From assembly GCA_047284725.1 (NCBI GenBank), contig JBJBEO010000001.1, forward strand, positions 640,001-704,000: a DNA stretch of 64,000 bases. The letters are read 5' to 3'. Under the pieces are notes generated by a model that searched no databases, was not told the origin of the DNA, and worked only from the letters and a program-made list of their open reading frames with translations. The translations under genes were made by a program, and so were the position numbers. Below, one piece after another: positions 40,723 through 49,648 of the stretch. How positions within the stretch are numbered: position 1 is the first letter of the stretch; each line of letters opens with the position of its first letter. The DNA is from Synechococcus sp. (GTDB taxonomy: Bacteria > Cyanobacteriota > Cyanobacteriia > PCC-6307 > Cyanobiaceae).

Positions 40723-41805
40723 ATGGTTTGGAGCCTGCGTCGATTTCCTCTCACCAAAGCGGTTCCCCTGGCGATCAGCCGCGGCACGACGGCACGGGTT
40801 GAACATCTCGAGCTCAGTTTCAGTTCGGAAGGAATCACCGGGCGCGGCGAAGCGGGGGGGCTGGACACGGGGCATCGCAGCTACACCATCGATGGGATTG
40901 AAGTCGAGTTGCACGCTCTCCTTCCAGCGCTTGAGGCGGTTGATCCCCTGAATCGACAGGTGCTCTTGCTCCTGCTGAATGCACTGTCACCTCCTGCAAG
41001 GTGTGCTGTCGACCTGGCTCTCTGGGACTGGTGGGGGCAGCGTCTCGGGCAGCCGCTTTGGCGACTCTGGGGGCTGGATGGCACGCGGCGCGTCTCGACC
41101 AGTGTCACCTTGGGGCTCGGGTCTGTGGAGCAGGTGCTGGCGCGGTTGGAGCGCTGGTGGGAGCAGCTGCCGGCAACGCGCATCAAGTTGAAGCTGGGCA
41201 GCCCGGATGGTCTTCACCACGACCGCCAGTTGTTGCTGGCGGTGGCGGATGCCCTTGCCCAACGCCAGCAGCAGGAGCAGCAGGTTTTGGAGTTGCAGGT
41301 GGATGCCAACGGCGGCTGGACGGTGGATCAGGCGATTGAGATGGTCACGGATCTGATGCGCGCCGATGTGGTGCTGCTGGAGCAGCCGCTCCCGGCGCGA
41401 GTGGAGCCTGAGCGCGATACCGCTGGGTTTGCAGCGCTTCACCCCAAGTGCCCTTTGCCGTTGGTGGCGGATGAGAGCTGCTGGGGATTGGGGGATGTGC
41501 TTCGGCTTGCGCCTTATGTGGATGGGGTGAATCTCAAATTGCTGAAAACCGGTGGGCTGAGCGAAGCCCTGTTGATGGCCCAGGTGGCACAGCGGTTGGG
41601 TCTCGACCTGATGGTGGGGTGTTATTCCGACAGTGGCCTTCTGAATGGGGCGGCAGCCCACCTCCTCCCACTGATCCGCTGGCCTGATCTCGACAGTCAT
41701 CTCAACCTGAGGGATGACCCGTTTGCAGGCTTGCCGATGCACGCCGATCAGCAGTGGGCGCCGGTAGGTGCAGGCCTGGGGATTGCGTTGCGGGAGTCCC
41801 TCTGA
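40723..41805 (+). CDS. Dipeptide (L-Ala-D/L-Glu) epimerase, enolase superfamily
   Basis: KLKLG, VDANGGW, EQP, ADES, KTGG, DLD. Confidence 0.88.
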   Translation: MVWSLRRFPLTKAVPLAISRGTTARVEHLELSFSSEGITGRGEAGGLDTGHRSYTIDGIEVELHALLPALEAVDPLNRQVLLLLLNALSPPARCAVDLALWDWWGQRLGQPLWRLWGLDGTRRVSTSVTLGLGSVEQVLARLERWWEQLPATRIKLKLGSPDGLHHDRQLLLAVADALAQRQQQEQQVLELQVDANGGWTVDQAIEMVTDLMRADVVLLEQPLPARVEPERDTAGFAALHPKCPLPLVADESCWGLGDVLRLAPYVDGVNLKLLKTGGLSEALLMAQVAQRLGLDLMVGCYSDSGLLNGAAAHLLPLIRWPDLDSHLNLRDDPFAGLPMHADQQWAPVGAGLGIALRESL

Positions 41806-42866
41806 TGCTGACCGGGGCTGATCGCGTTGTACTCCTCCAGCATGGTGGTCTGGATTCGCTCACGGGGAAGACGGGGCTGGCAATGTTGCGACATCGCCGT
41901 GGCCCGATTGTTGCGGTGATCGACCCTGTCCATGCCGGCGTCAATCTGGAGGAGCTCACGGGCATTCCCCGGTCGATTCCAGTCGTGGCTGATCTGCAGC
42001 AGGCACTGGCCTATGAGCCTGAGGTGGCGGTGATTGGCCTGGCGCCTTCGGGTGGTTTGTTGCCTGAGCCTCTGCGCCTCGATGCCCTTGCGGCCCTGCA
42101 GTCAGGCCTGTCCTTGGCCAGTGGCCTCCATACCCGCCTAGGAAGAGATCCCGTCTTCGCTGCGGCCTGCCAGCCCGGTCGCTGGATCTGGGACCTGCGC
42201 CAGGAGCCAGCTGGTTTGAGGGTGGCGGAGGGGAGGTCGGCCGCGTTGCCCTGCCAGCGTGTCTTGGCCATGGGAACCGATATGGCGGTGGGCAAGATGA
42301 GTGCCTGCCTGGCCCTTCGGGATGCTGCAGAACGGGAAGGGGTGGCTTGCGATTTTGTCGGCACTGGTCAGGCTGGAATCCTGATCAGTGGCTCCGGTGT
42401 TCCCCTCGATGCGGTGCGGGTGGATTACGCCGCGGGTGCGGTGGAGGCTGCGGTGATCGCCGCGGGCCTGGCCCTGCCTGCCGACGGCCTCCTGCTCGTG
42501 GAAGGACAGGGCTCCCTCTGTCATCCAGGCTCCACAGCGACCTTGCCGTTGCTGCGTGGGTCTCAGCCCACCGCTTTGATGCTGGTGCATCGCGCCGGTC
42601 AAACCACGATCAATCGCCTCCCAACGGTGCCTCTGCCGCCGCTGATTGATTTGGTGCAACTGTGTGAGGATCTGGCTTCGATCGGTCGGCCATCCGATGC
42701 AGGCCCCCGCCCAAGAGTGGAGGTCGTTGCCGTGAATACGGCACAGATGAGTGCCGATGAAGCGGTCAGAGTGCTGCAGGCAACAGAAGATGAACTGAAC
42801 CTGCCTTGCTGCGACCCGATCAGAGATGGGGCCGAGAAGCTGTTGAAACGATTGAGATCGACGTGA
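41805..42866 (+). CDS. DUF1611 family protein
   Basis: GKTG, SGLH, GTDMAVGKM, TGQAG, VEGQGSL; start overlaps the epimerase stop. Confidence 0.88.
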   Translation: MLTGADRVVLLQHGGLDSLTGKTGLAMLRHRRGPIVAVIDPVHAGVNLEELTGIPRSIPVVADLQQALAYEPEVAVIGLAPSGGLLPEPLRLDALAALQSGLSLASGLHTRLGRDPVFAAACQPGRWIWDLRQEPAGLRVAEGRSAALPCQRVLAMGTDMAVGKMSACLALRDAAEREGVACDFVGTGQAGILISGSGVPLDAVRVDYAAGAVEAAVIAAGLALPADGLLLVEGQGSLCHPGSTATLPLLRGSQPTALMLVHRAGQTTINRLPTVPLPPLIDLVQLCEDLASIGRPSDAGPRPRVEVVAVNTAQMSADEAVRVLQATEDELNLPCCDPIRDGAEKLLKRLRST

Positions 42867-42888
42867 TGGTCATCGATCTGGGAAAAAG

Positions 42889-42962
42889 GGCGAGCGAGGG
42901 GATTCGAACCCCCGAATAGCGGCGCCACAAGCCGCTGCCTTAACCACTTGGCGACGCCCGCC
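42889..42962 (-). tRNA. tRNA-His(GTG)
   Basis: GCGGGCG acceptor strand with encoded G-1, anticodon arm GCGGC-TT-GTG-GC-GCCGC, C73 discriminator. Confidence 0.97.
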
Positions 42963-43010
42963 GCGTCGTTCAGAATCTACCAACTCGCCGCCGGTCCCCT
43001 GCGATCCGCT

Positions 43011-43433
43011 CTGTCCAAATCGCGCCAGCACCCCTGGGCTTCTGTGTCGGCTGGTGTTGCGTTGGCAGGCACCGCGGCGGTGTTGGCGCTGACCAATCCA
43101 TCCATGGCTGACTACCAGGCTTATGCCGGTGGTGAGTTGGTGGAGCTTGCCACCGAGGAACTGTGTGGAACGAGCGGTCTGCCCATGCTGCTGCGACTCT
43201 GGATTCAAGATTGCCCAGCGCTGATTGCAGCTCAGCAAACAAGTCTGGCCGCTTTGGCCGGCCAGATGAGCACGCGTCTGAATCTTGGCGTGGTCAGTGT
43301 GTTCACCACCGAAGTGGGCGGCCAAACGATCCTGCCAGCCCTGCGTCTCCCCCGTTATCGGGTCACAACCCTCGGAGTGGCCGGCCAGTTCCTACCGATC
43401 GACTCCAGGTCTGTTCAGACTGATACAGAGTGA
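43011..43433 (+). CDS. DUF4359-like protein
   Basis: Hydrophobic N-terminus then LTNPS..DY..YA, two Cys, TLGVAGQF; start uncertain because the ORF-track start lies inside the tRNA. Confidence 0.7.
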   Translation: MSKSRQHPWASVSAGVALAGTAAVLALTNPSMADYQAYAGGELVELATEELCGTSGLPMLLRLWIQDCPALIAAQQTSLAALAGQMSTRLNLGVVSVFTTEVGGQTILPALRLPRYRVTTLGVAGQFLPIDSRSVQTDTE

Positions 43434-44713
43434 AGACAAGCGCCAGCGGCCTGATTCAGGCCTGGGCTCCCAAGGGATTGATTGAAATCCCTTTTGGCCA
43501 GTCGTTCTCGACTGTGGTGGCTGCCGATGGTCTGGTGGCGGTTTCGCTGGCCTGGCGAGACGGGGTGATTCACAGCATCGAACCGTTGCCTGTCGAGGTT
43601 GCGTCGCCGTCCTGCTTGCTGATGCCCCGATTGGTGGAGCCCCATGCTCACCTCGACAAGGCCTTCAGCTGGCCTGAGGCTCCTAACCATGCCGGCACCT
43701 ATGCCGGGGCCATGGCCGCCAACTTCAGTGAACATCAGACCCGCACAGGGGCGGTCGTGGAGCAGCGGGCTGAGCGGGCCCTCGCGCTGGCATTGCGCCA
43801 TGGCTATCGCGCCATCCGCAGTCATGTCGACAGCCTTGGTCCTGGAGCGGCGTGCAGTTGGCAGGCTTTGCTGGATGTGCAGCAGCGTTGGCGGGGGCGT
43901 CTCGACCTGCAGCTGGTGGCGTTGCTCCCTGTGGAGTACTGGTCGTCGGCGGAGGGAGAGCTGTTGGCGCAGAAGGTCGCCTCCCAGGGTGGATTGCTGG
44001 GAGGCGTGTTGGGGCCGCCGTGCCAAGGGCGGCAATCCCGTGAGGCTGTGCGTCGCATGCTTCGACTGGCTGATCGACTCGACTGCGGCATCGACTTGCA
44101 TCTCGATGAAGCGCAGAGCGGCCCGGCTGAAGGGATGGCCGTTCTGTTGCGTGCCTTGGATCAAACCCCGGTGACTGTTCCGATCACCTGCAGCCATGCC
44201 AGCAGCCTTTCGCTGTTGTCACCTTCGCGCTTGGAGCGTCTGATGACGCGGATGCTTCACCACCAGCTGCAGGTGGTGGCGTTGCCCCTCACCAATGGAT
44301 GGTTGCTGGGGCGCGAGCAGGGCCGTACGCCGCTGATTCGTCCTCTCGCTCCGATTCATCAGTTGCAACGGGCCGGCCTGCGCGTTGCCGTTGGTGGCGA
44401 CAACGTGCAAGACCCCTGGTATCCGGGCGGCAATTTCGATCCTCTGATGCTGATGGCCCAGGCTCTTTCTCTCGCCCACCTGGCTCCCTGGGATCGCCTT
44501 GGTTTGATGCCCTTCACCACCGAAGCAGCGCGTCTTCTGGCTCTTCCCTGGGATGGTGTCCTGCGGATCGGTGCTCCAGCAGATTTGCTGCTGCTTCAGG
44601 CAAGCAGTTGGTCAGAAGCGCTGGCGCTCGTTCCTCCACGGCAAGTCGTCGTAGCTGGGGTTGCGCAGACAGGCCCTGGCAGCGCTGAAATCCTCCACAC
44701 TGATCCCTCGTAG
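43430..44713 (+). CDS. Cytosine deaminase-like amidohydrolase
   Basis: EPHAHLDK, IRSHVD, DLHLDE, GGDNVQDPWYP. Confidence 0.88.
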   Translation: MKTSASGLIQAWAPKGLIEIPFGQSFSTVVAADGLVAVSLAWRDGVIHSIEPLPVEVASPSCLLMPRLVEPHAHLDKAFSWPEAPNHAGTYAGAMAANFSEHQTRTGAVVEQRAERALALALRHGYRAIRSHVDSLGPGAACSWQALLDVQQRWRGRLDLQLVALLPVEYWSSAEGELLAQKVASQGGLLGGVLGPPCQGRQSREAVRRMLRLADRLDCGIDLHLDEAQSGPAEGMAVLLRALDQTPVTVPITCSHASSLSLLSPSRLERLMTRMLHHQLQVVALPLTNGWLLGREQGRTPLIRPLAPIHQLQRAGLRVAVGGDNVQDPWYPGGNFDPLMLMAQALSLAHLAPWDRLGLMPFTTEAARLLALPWDGVLRIGAPADLLLLQASSWSEALALVPPRQVVVAGVAQTGPGSAEILHTDPS

Positions 44714-44725
44714 GCGGCTTGGGTC

Positions 44726-46078
44726 ATGGAACACTCTGCACAGGTGCTGCAGGACCTCCGTGAGGTGTTGGCTGCCGTGCCGGAGTTGGAGTTGCTCACC
44801 CAGTCCGCTGATCTCGAGCGCTACTCCCGCGACGCCTACGCGTATTCCCCGGTGCTGGAGACGTGCTTTCAGGATTGCCGAGCGGAGTTGGTGGTGCGTC
44901 CGCATTCCATCCCTGCTGTGATCGCCGTTGCCGCCGCCTGTGCTCGCATGCATGTGCCGCTGACGCTTCGAGGCTCTGGAACGGGAAATTACGGCCAGTG
45001 CGTGCCCTTGAAAGCCGGGGTGGTGATGTTGATGAGCGAGCTGCGCGCTGTGCGCAGCCTTGATGGGCAGACCGGTGTCGTTGAGGTGGAATGTGGTTGC
45101 CTGCTCAAGGATCTCGACCGTGCTCTGGCTGAGCAGAATCGGCAATTGCGGTTGATGCCCAGCACCTGGCGCAGCGCCAGTGTGGGTGGATTCATCGCCG
45201 GTGGATCGGGTGGAATCGGCTCTGTGCGGTGGGGCTTCCTCCGTGATCCCGGCCATCTGCTGGCCCTCGAGGTGGTGACTTTGGAGGAGGAGCCCCGCCT
45301 CCTTCGCCTGGAGGCGAGCGAGGCTGAAGCGCTGAACCATGCCTATGGCACCAACGGCATCATCACCGCCCTCACCCTGACGACTGCTCCTCGGGTGGCT
45401 TGGCAGGAGGTGTGCATCGATTGTGATGACTGGGGAACGGCCGTTGCTCTGGCTCAGCGCTGTCAGCAGGCAGCGGTGGATTTGTTCCTCTGTACGGTCC
45501 TGGAGGCCTCGATCGTGGCCGGTTTGCCCGCCTGGAGTGGCATGGCACGGGGGCGTCATCGGCTGTTGCTGCTGGTCAGCCCTGATGGAGTGAGCACGGT
45601 GAAACGCATCGCTGCGGCTTCACGAGCAGAGGCGTGTTGCCTCGGGGCGGAGAATTCCCAGCGCGGCCATGGTCTGCGCGAACTGAGCTGGAATCACACC
45701 ACCTTGCACATGCGCCAGCAGGATCCGGGTTGGACGTATCTGCAGATGCTGTTGCCCCAACCCGAGCTGGAGGCGATGCAGGCGCTTTCACAGCGATGGG
45801 GAGACACGTTGCTTTGGCATCTTGAAGGGGTGCGCCACGCCGGTGGTGCCCGTCTGGCGGCCATCCCTCTGGTGCGTTGGCAAGGCGAACAGGCTCTCCA
45901 AGCCTTGATCAACCAGTGCCGTGAGCTGGGGGCCGTGATCTTCAACCCCCACGTGATCACCGTTGAAGAAGGTGGATTGGGGATTGTTGATGGTGATCAG
46001 GTGGCAGCCAAGCAACGCCATGACCCCGCTGGACTCTTGAATCCCGGCAAGCTTCTCGGATGGCCTGGTGAGGCCTGA
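44726..46078 (+). CDS. FAD-binding oxidoreductase (GlcD/VAO family)
   Basis: RGSGTGNYGQ, GGFIAGGSGG, YGTNGIIT, DPAGLLNPGK. Confidence 0.88.
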   Translation: MEHSAQVLQDLREVLAAVPELELLTQSADLERYSRDAYAYSPVLETCFQDCRAELVVRPHSIPAVIAVAAACARMHVPLTLRGSGTGNYGQCVPLKAGVVMLMSELRAVRSLDGQTGVVEVECGCLLKDLDRALAEQNRQLRLMPSTWRSASVGGFIAGGSGGIGSVRWGFLRDPGHLLALEVVTLEEEPRLLRLEASEAEALNHAYGTNGIITALTLTTAPRVAWQEVCIDCDDWGTAVALAQRCQQAAVDLFLCTVLEASIVAGLPAWSGMARGRHRLLLLVSPDGVSTVKRIAAASRAEACCLGAENSQRGHGLRELSWNHTTLHMRQQDPGWTYLQMLLPQPELEAMQALSQRWGDTLLWHLEGVRHAGGARLAAIPLVRWQGEQALQALINQCRELGAVIFNPHVITVEEGGLGIVDGDQVAAKQRHDPAGLLNPGKLLGWPGEA

Positions 46079-46083
46079 CATGC

Positions 46084-46647
46084 CTAGCAACCAAGACTGT
46101 CGCGGGTCGCCATGCCTGTGTGGGCATTGATGCCCTCGGCATCGCGGCAGAGACGAACGACATCGTCGCGATCCAAGAGGGCTTCGCTGAAGTCAGCCCC
46201 TTCGATTTGCGCACCGGCAAAACTGCTGCCTGAGGCAATCACGCCATTCAGCTGTGCGTTGCGCAGATCCGTGCCGCTGAAATCAGCACGATCCATCAGG
46301 GCATCGGAGAGGTCGGCTCCGTGGAAATCAGCATCCGCGAAGGCTCCCTGGGTGAAGATCGCCCCATGAAGGTCTGCGCCAGAGAAGTTGGCTCCCCTGC
46401 CGACGGCGCCAGCAAAGGATGTGTTGCTCAAGGCCTGATCGTGGAAATCTGCATTGGTTTGATTCGTCAAGGTGTAATCCACCCGTTCCTGGAACAGCGC
46501 TTTGTCTTGCAGGCCAAAGCCATTGGACGTGTCGAGGGCTGCTGCCGGTTGGAGGCTGCTCCATGGACTGAGTGCCATGGTCAAGGCGACCAAGATGGCG
46601 CCAAGCCAGCGTTTGAGAGCTGTGAGTCGCATGGGGGAGGAGGCCAT
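46084..46647 (-). CDS. Pentapeptide-repeat protein with signal peptide
   Basis: A(N/D)F/ADL pentapeptide series, C-terminal LC...TRDSLGC; start 46647 or 46632. Confidence 0.88.
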   Translation of the reverse strand: MASSPMRLTALKRWLGAILVALTMALSPWSSLQPAAALDTSNGFGLQDKALFQERVDYTLTNQTNADFHDQALSNTSFAGAVGRGANFSGADLHGAIFTQGAFADADFHGADLSDALMDRADFSGTDLRNAQLNGVIASGSSFAGAQIEGADFSEALLDRDDVVRLCRDAEGINAHTGMATRDSLGC

Positions 46648-46785
46648 GGCGATGGACGTATGTCGATCATCACTCTGCCGGGCATGGGCCTGCTGCAGCG
46701 CTGACGTTGCGATCACGGTGTGGATCACCTGGGTAACTGGCCTGGTGGGAGGGTTGCGCCATCAGGTTCGATGGCTATTTTTATT

Positions 46786-46878
46786 GTGTGAGGAGTTGAA
46801 CTCTTCAGTGGAGTGGAAACAAGGCAACACGCCCACATGAGTTCATGAAAAGCCCTGCCTTCGGCGGGGCTTTTTTTT
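46786..46878 (+). ncRNA. yfr2: Yfr2-family sRNA
   Basis: 5' GTGTGAGGAG, central GGAAACA-A-GGCAACA (46815-46829), terminator stem 46848-46874 with a T8 tract; TATTTT -10-like box just upstream. Confidence 0.8.
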
Positions 46879-46933
46879 CTGGATCAGTGCTCGCAGATTG
46901 CGGAAAAACACAGCACACAACCAACGACAGCGC

Positions 46934-47008
46934 AAAAAAAGGGGCCTGACGGCCCCTCGGGGGGTGTGAGGAGACCAACTTCGTGTGAGGAGAGTTGATC
47001 CACCCCAT
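46934..47008 (-). ncRNA. Yfr1/Yfr10-like sRNA with two CUCCUCACAC motifs
   Basis: Minus strand has TCTCCTCACAC twice (46993-46983 and 46974-46964), then GGGGCC-gtca-GGCCCC-T7 terminator; 5' end approximate. Confidence 0.7.
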
Positions 47009-47042
47009 TGCTAGCCCCCTTTGCAGCACTTTGGGTGGCTAG

Positions 47043-48314
47043 TTACATCAGGTCATTGATCAGGGGCAGGGCTGGACCTGGTTGGAGTGTGTTCTGCTTC
47101 AGCAGGTGGCCAATCAGGTACAAGGAACCTGCGATGACCGGAGCAGCGGCAGGCCATCCCTGCTGCTCCAGGCATCTCAACACCTGTTCCACGGCATCGC
47201 TCTCTGGGCAGGGTGGCTGGATTGCTGGCAGAGCATGAAGCTGACCGGCCCACGAGGCGTCTGATCGAACCAATTGAGCGCGGGTCCAGCTGCGGTGGCC
47301 CGGTACGGGCACGATCCAGGCCTGATCTTGAGGCTTCAGCAAAGACCGCAGCATCGCCGGCGCTTGCTTGTGGGCCTGAATCCCCAGGATCCAGGTGATG
47401 CCAGTGGATTGGTGGGGCCAGTGATGGCGTTCCCTCGCCAGGGCGTCTGCCGCTGGTGGGTTATGGGCTCCATCGATCAACACAGGCTTGGTCTGCCATT
47501 GCGTGCTTTGAAGACGCCCTGGCCATCGGGCTGCGGCAAGACCCTCGCGAATGCTGGTGTCGGTGATGCTCCAACCCAGGCGGCCAACCTGTTCCAACAC
47601 GGCTTTGGCCACAGCGGCGTTGCTGCGTTGCACATTGCCGGCAAGTCCCAGGTGCCAGCTGCTGTCAAGGGGATCGACCCAGTACAGCTGAGCCCCCTTC
47701 TGCGCACATTCCTGTGCAAACACTGCGGACACTTCGTTCACCTGGTGACCGCTGATCACCGTGGCCCCAGGCGTGATCGCGGCTGCTTTTTCCCGTGCGA
47801 CTGCCGTCAAACTGTTTCCCAGGTGTTCGCAGTGGTCGAGTCCGATCGACGCCACAGCAAGGATCGGACGATTGGAATGGGCTGTGGTGGCATCGAGTCG
47901 GCCACCGAGGCCTGCCTCCAGCACGAGCCACTCCAGCTTTGCCTGCTCGAAATGCACGAGGGCTGCCGTCATCAGACGTTCGAAGGGGGTGAGGACCTCG
48001 CTCTCGGCCAGTGGTTGCAAATCTTCCAGGCGCTGACGAAGCTCCTCGCTGCTGATCTGAGTGGAGCCAACGCGGATGCGTTCGGTCCAGTCCATCAGGT
48101 GTGGAGAGGTGGTGATGCCGCTGCGGATGCCGGCATGCACCATGGCGCTGTGGACGAAGCTGGCGATCGAGCCTTTGCCATTGGTCCCCACCACCTGGAC
48201 GGCCGGCACCGACTTGCACGGATGGTGGAGAGCGTTCAGGGCCCGTTGCATGCGTTCCAGGCTGAGATCCATGCCCCGTTGCTCAAACGGAGGCAGAAGA
48301 TCGCTGAAGTTCAT
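47043..48314 (-). CDS. folC: Folylpolyglutamate/dihydrofolate synthase
   Basis: GTNGKGS, TSPHL, EAGLGGRLDAT, WPGR, DGAHN. Confidence 0.95.
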   Translation of the reverse strand: MNFSDLLPPFEQRGMDLSLERMQRALNALHHPCKSVPAVQVVGTNGKGSIASFVHSAMVHAGIRSGITTSPHLMDWTERIRVGSTQISSEELRQRLEDLQPLAESEVLTPFERLMTAALVHFEQAKLEWLVLEAGLGGRLDATTAHSNRPILAVASIGLDHCEHLGNSLTAVAREKAAAITPGATVISGHQVNEVSAVFAQECAQKGAQLYWVDPLDSSWHLGLAGNVQRSNAAVAKAVLEQVGRLGWSITDTSIREGLAAARWPGRLQSTQWQTKPVLIDGAHNPPAADALARERHHWPHQSTGITWILGIQAHKQAPAMLRSLLKPQDQAWIVPVPGHRSWTRAQLVRSDASWAGQLHALPAIQPPCPESDAVEQVLRCLEQQGWPAAAPVIAGSLYLIGHLLKQNTLQPGPALPLINDLM

Positions 48315-49495
48315 GCGCTCAGGCTTGCCAGGGCGGCATCCAGTCGTTCGAGCAAGATGTTCACTTCCCGGCGTGAGATCACCAGGGGGGGCACCATCCG
48401 CACCACCTTGGGGCCCGCTGGTACCAGCAACAAGCGGTGGTTCAGGGCTGCTTTCACGACATCGAGGGCTGCCAGGGGGGCGTCGTCCTTTAGCACCACC
48501 CCTTGCAGTAGCCCCCAGCCTCGCACCGCCATCAGCATCTGGGGATAGCGCTCCACCAGGGTCTTCAGGCCGAGTCGCAATTGATCGCCACGCTGTTGAA
48601 CGTTGTCGAGCAGGTTGCGGCGTTGGAGTTCGCACGCAACGGTGAGGCCGGCTCGGCAGGCGAAAGGGTTGCCGCCAAAGGTGCTCGCGTGGTCACCGGG
48701 AACAAAGTGATCCGCCTTCGTTTTCACCAGCAGAGCACCGATCGCATGGCCTCCTCCAAGGCCCTTCGCGAGGGTGAAGGCGTCGGGTTCAACTCCGAGT
48801 TGTTCGTACCCCCACAGGCTGCCGCTCCTGCCCATGCCCACCTGCACTTCATCAAAGATCAGCAGGATGTTGCGGTCGTCACAGTGCCGGCGGATTGCGC
48901 GAAACACGGCGGGATTGCCGGGATTTACACCGCCTTCGCCCTGGAGAGGCTCGATCAGCACTGCCGCGACGCGAGGCCCATTCGCTTCCATGCGATTGAG
49001 CAGGGTCTCGAACGAGGAAAGATCGTTGTAAGTGAACGTCTCGAACCCTGCAACCATCGGTTCAAAGCCTTGGTGGTAGCGGGGTTGCCCTGTGGCGCTG
49101 ACCGCCGCGAGGGTGCGGCCATGAAAGCTGGCTTGAGCCGTGAGAATCACCGGACGGTCGATGCTTCGCACGGTGTGGCCATGCTTGCGTGCCAACTTGA
49201 TTGCGGCTTCGTTGGCTTCCGCTCCGGAATTGCAGAAAAAAACGCTGTCGGCACAGCTGTGATGCACAAGCCAGCTGGCCAGTTCGATCTGTTCAGGAAT
49301 CTCATAGAGATTCGAGACGTGCTGAAGACGGCGCAGCTGTCGCGTGAGGGCTTGTCTCATCGCAGCATCGCTGTGCCCCAGTGTGCAGGTGGCAATCCCT
49401 GCCACAGCATCGAGATATCGGGTGCCTTTCTCGTCCTTGACCCAGCAGCCTCTGCCTCGGGTGAGGGTGAGGGGAAAACGCCCGTAGGTCCCCAT
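48311..49495 (-). CDS. argD: Acetylornithine aminotransferase
   Basis: NSGAEANE, FHGRT, EPLQGEGG, DEVQ, LAKGLGGG, STFGGNP. Confidence 0.93.
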   Translation of the reverse strand: MGTYGRFPLTLTRGRGCWVKDEKGTRYLDAVAGIATCTLGHSDAAMRQALTRQLRRLQHVSNLYEIPEQIELASWLVHHSCADSVFFCNSGAEANEAAIKLARKHGHTVRSIDRPVILTAQASFHGRTLAAVSATGQPRYHQGFEPMVAGFETFTYNDLSSFETLLNRMEANGPRVAAVLIEPLQGEGGVNPGNPAVFRAIRRHCDDRNILLIFDEVQVGMGRSGSLWGYEQLGVEPDAFTLAKGLGGGHAIGALLVKTKADHFVPGDHASTFGGNPFACRAGLTVACELQRRNLLDNVQQRGDQLRLGLKTLVERYPQMLMAVRGWGLLQGVVLKDDAPLAALDVVKAALNHRLLLVPAGPKVVRMVPPLVISRREVNILLERLDAALASLSA

Positions 49496-49508
49496 GACGG
49501 CGTCGGGA

Positions 49509-49591
49509 TGGGAGCCGGGGGACTTGAACCCCCAAGACCAGTGGCCGGCTGATTTTGAGTCAGCTGCGTCTACCAATTCCGCCAGGCTCCC
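49509..49591 (-). tRNA. tRNA-Leu(CAA)
   Basis: GGGAGCC/GGCTCCC acceptor stem, anticodon arm GCTGA-CT-CAA-AA-TCAGC, variable arm, GTTCAAGTC. Confidence 0.97.
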
Positions 49592-49648
49592 ACGGCTCCA
49601 ATTTTATGCGACAACTGACAGCTGCCGGCCGTTGTCTTGGGGCTGTTG

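Noticed and set aside
46786..46993. Three GTGTGAGGAG copies as a CRISPR-like repeat array
   Set aside because: Repeats are only 10 bp, irregularly spaced, have no cas genes nearby and are explained by Yfr motifs.
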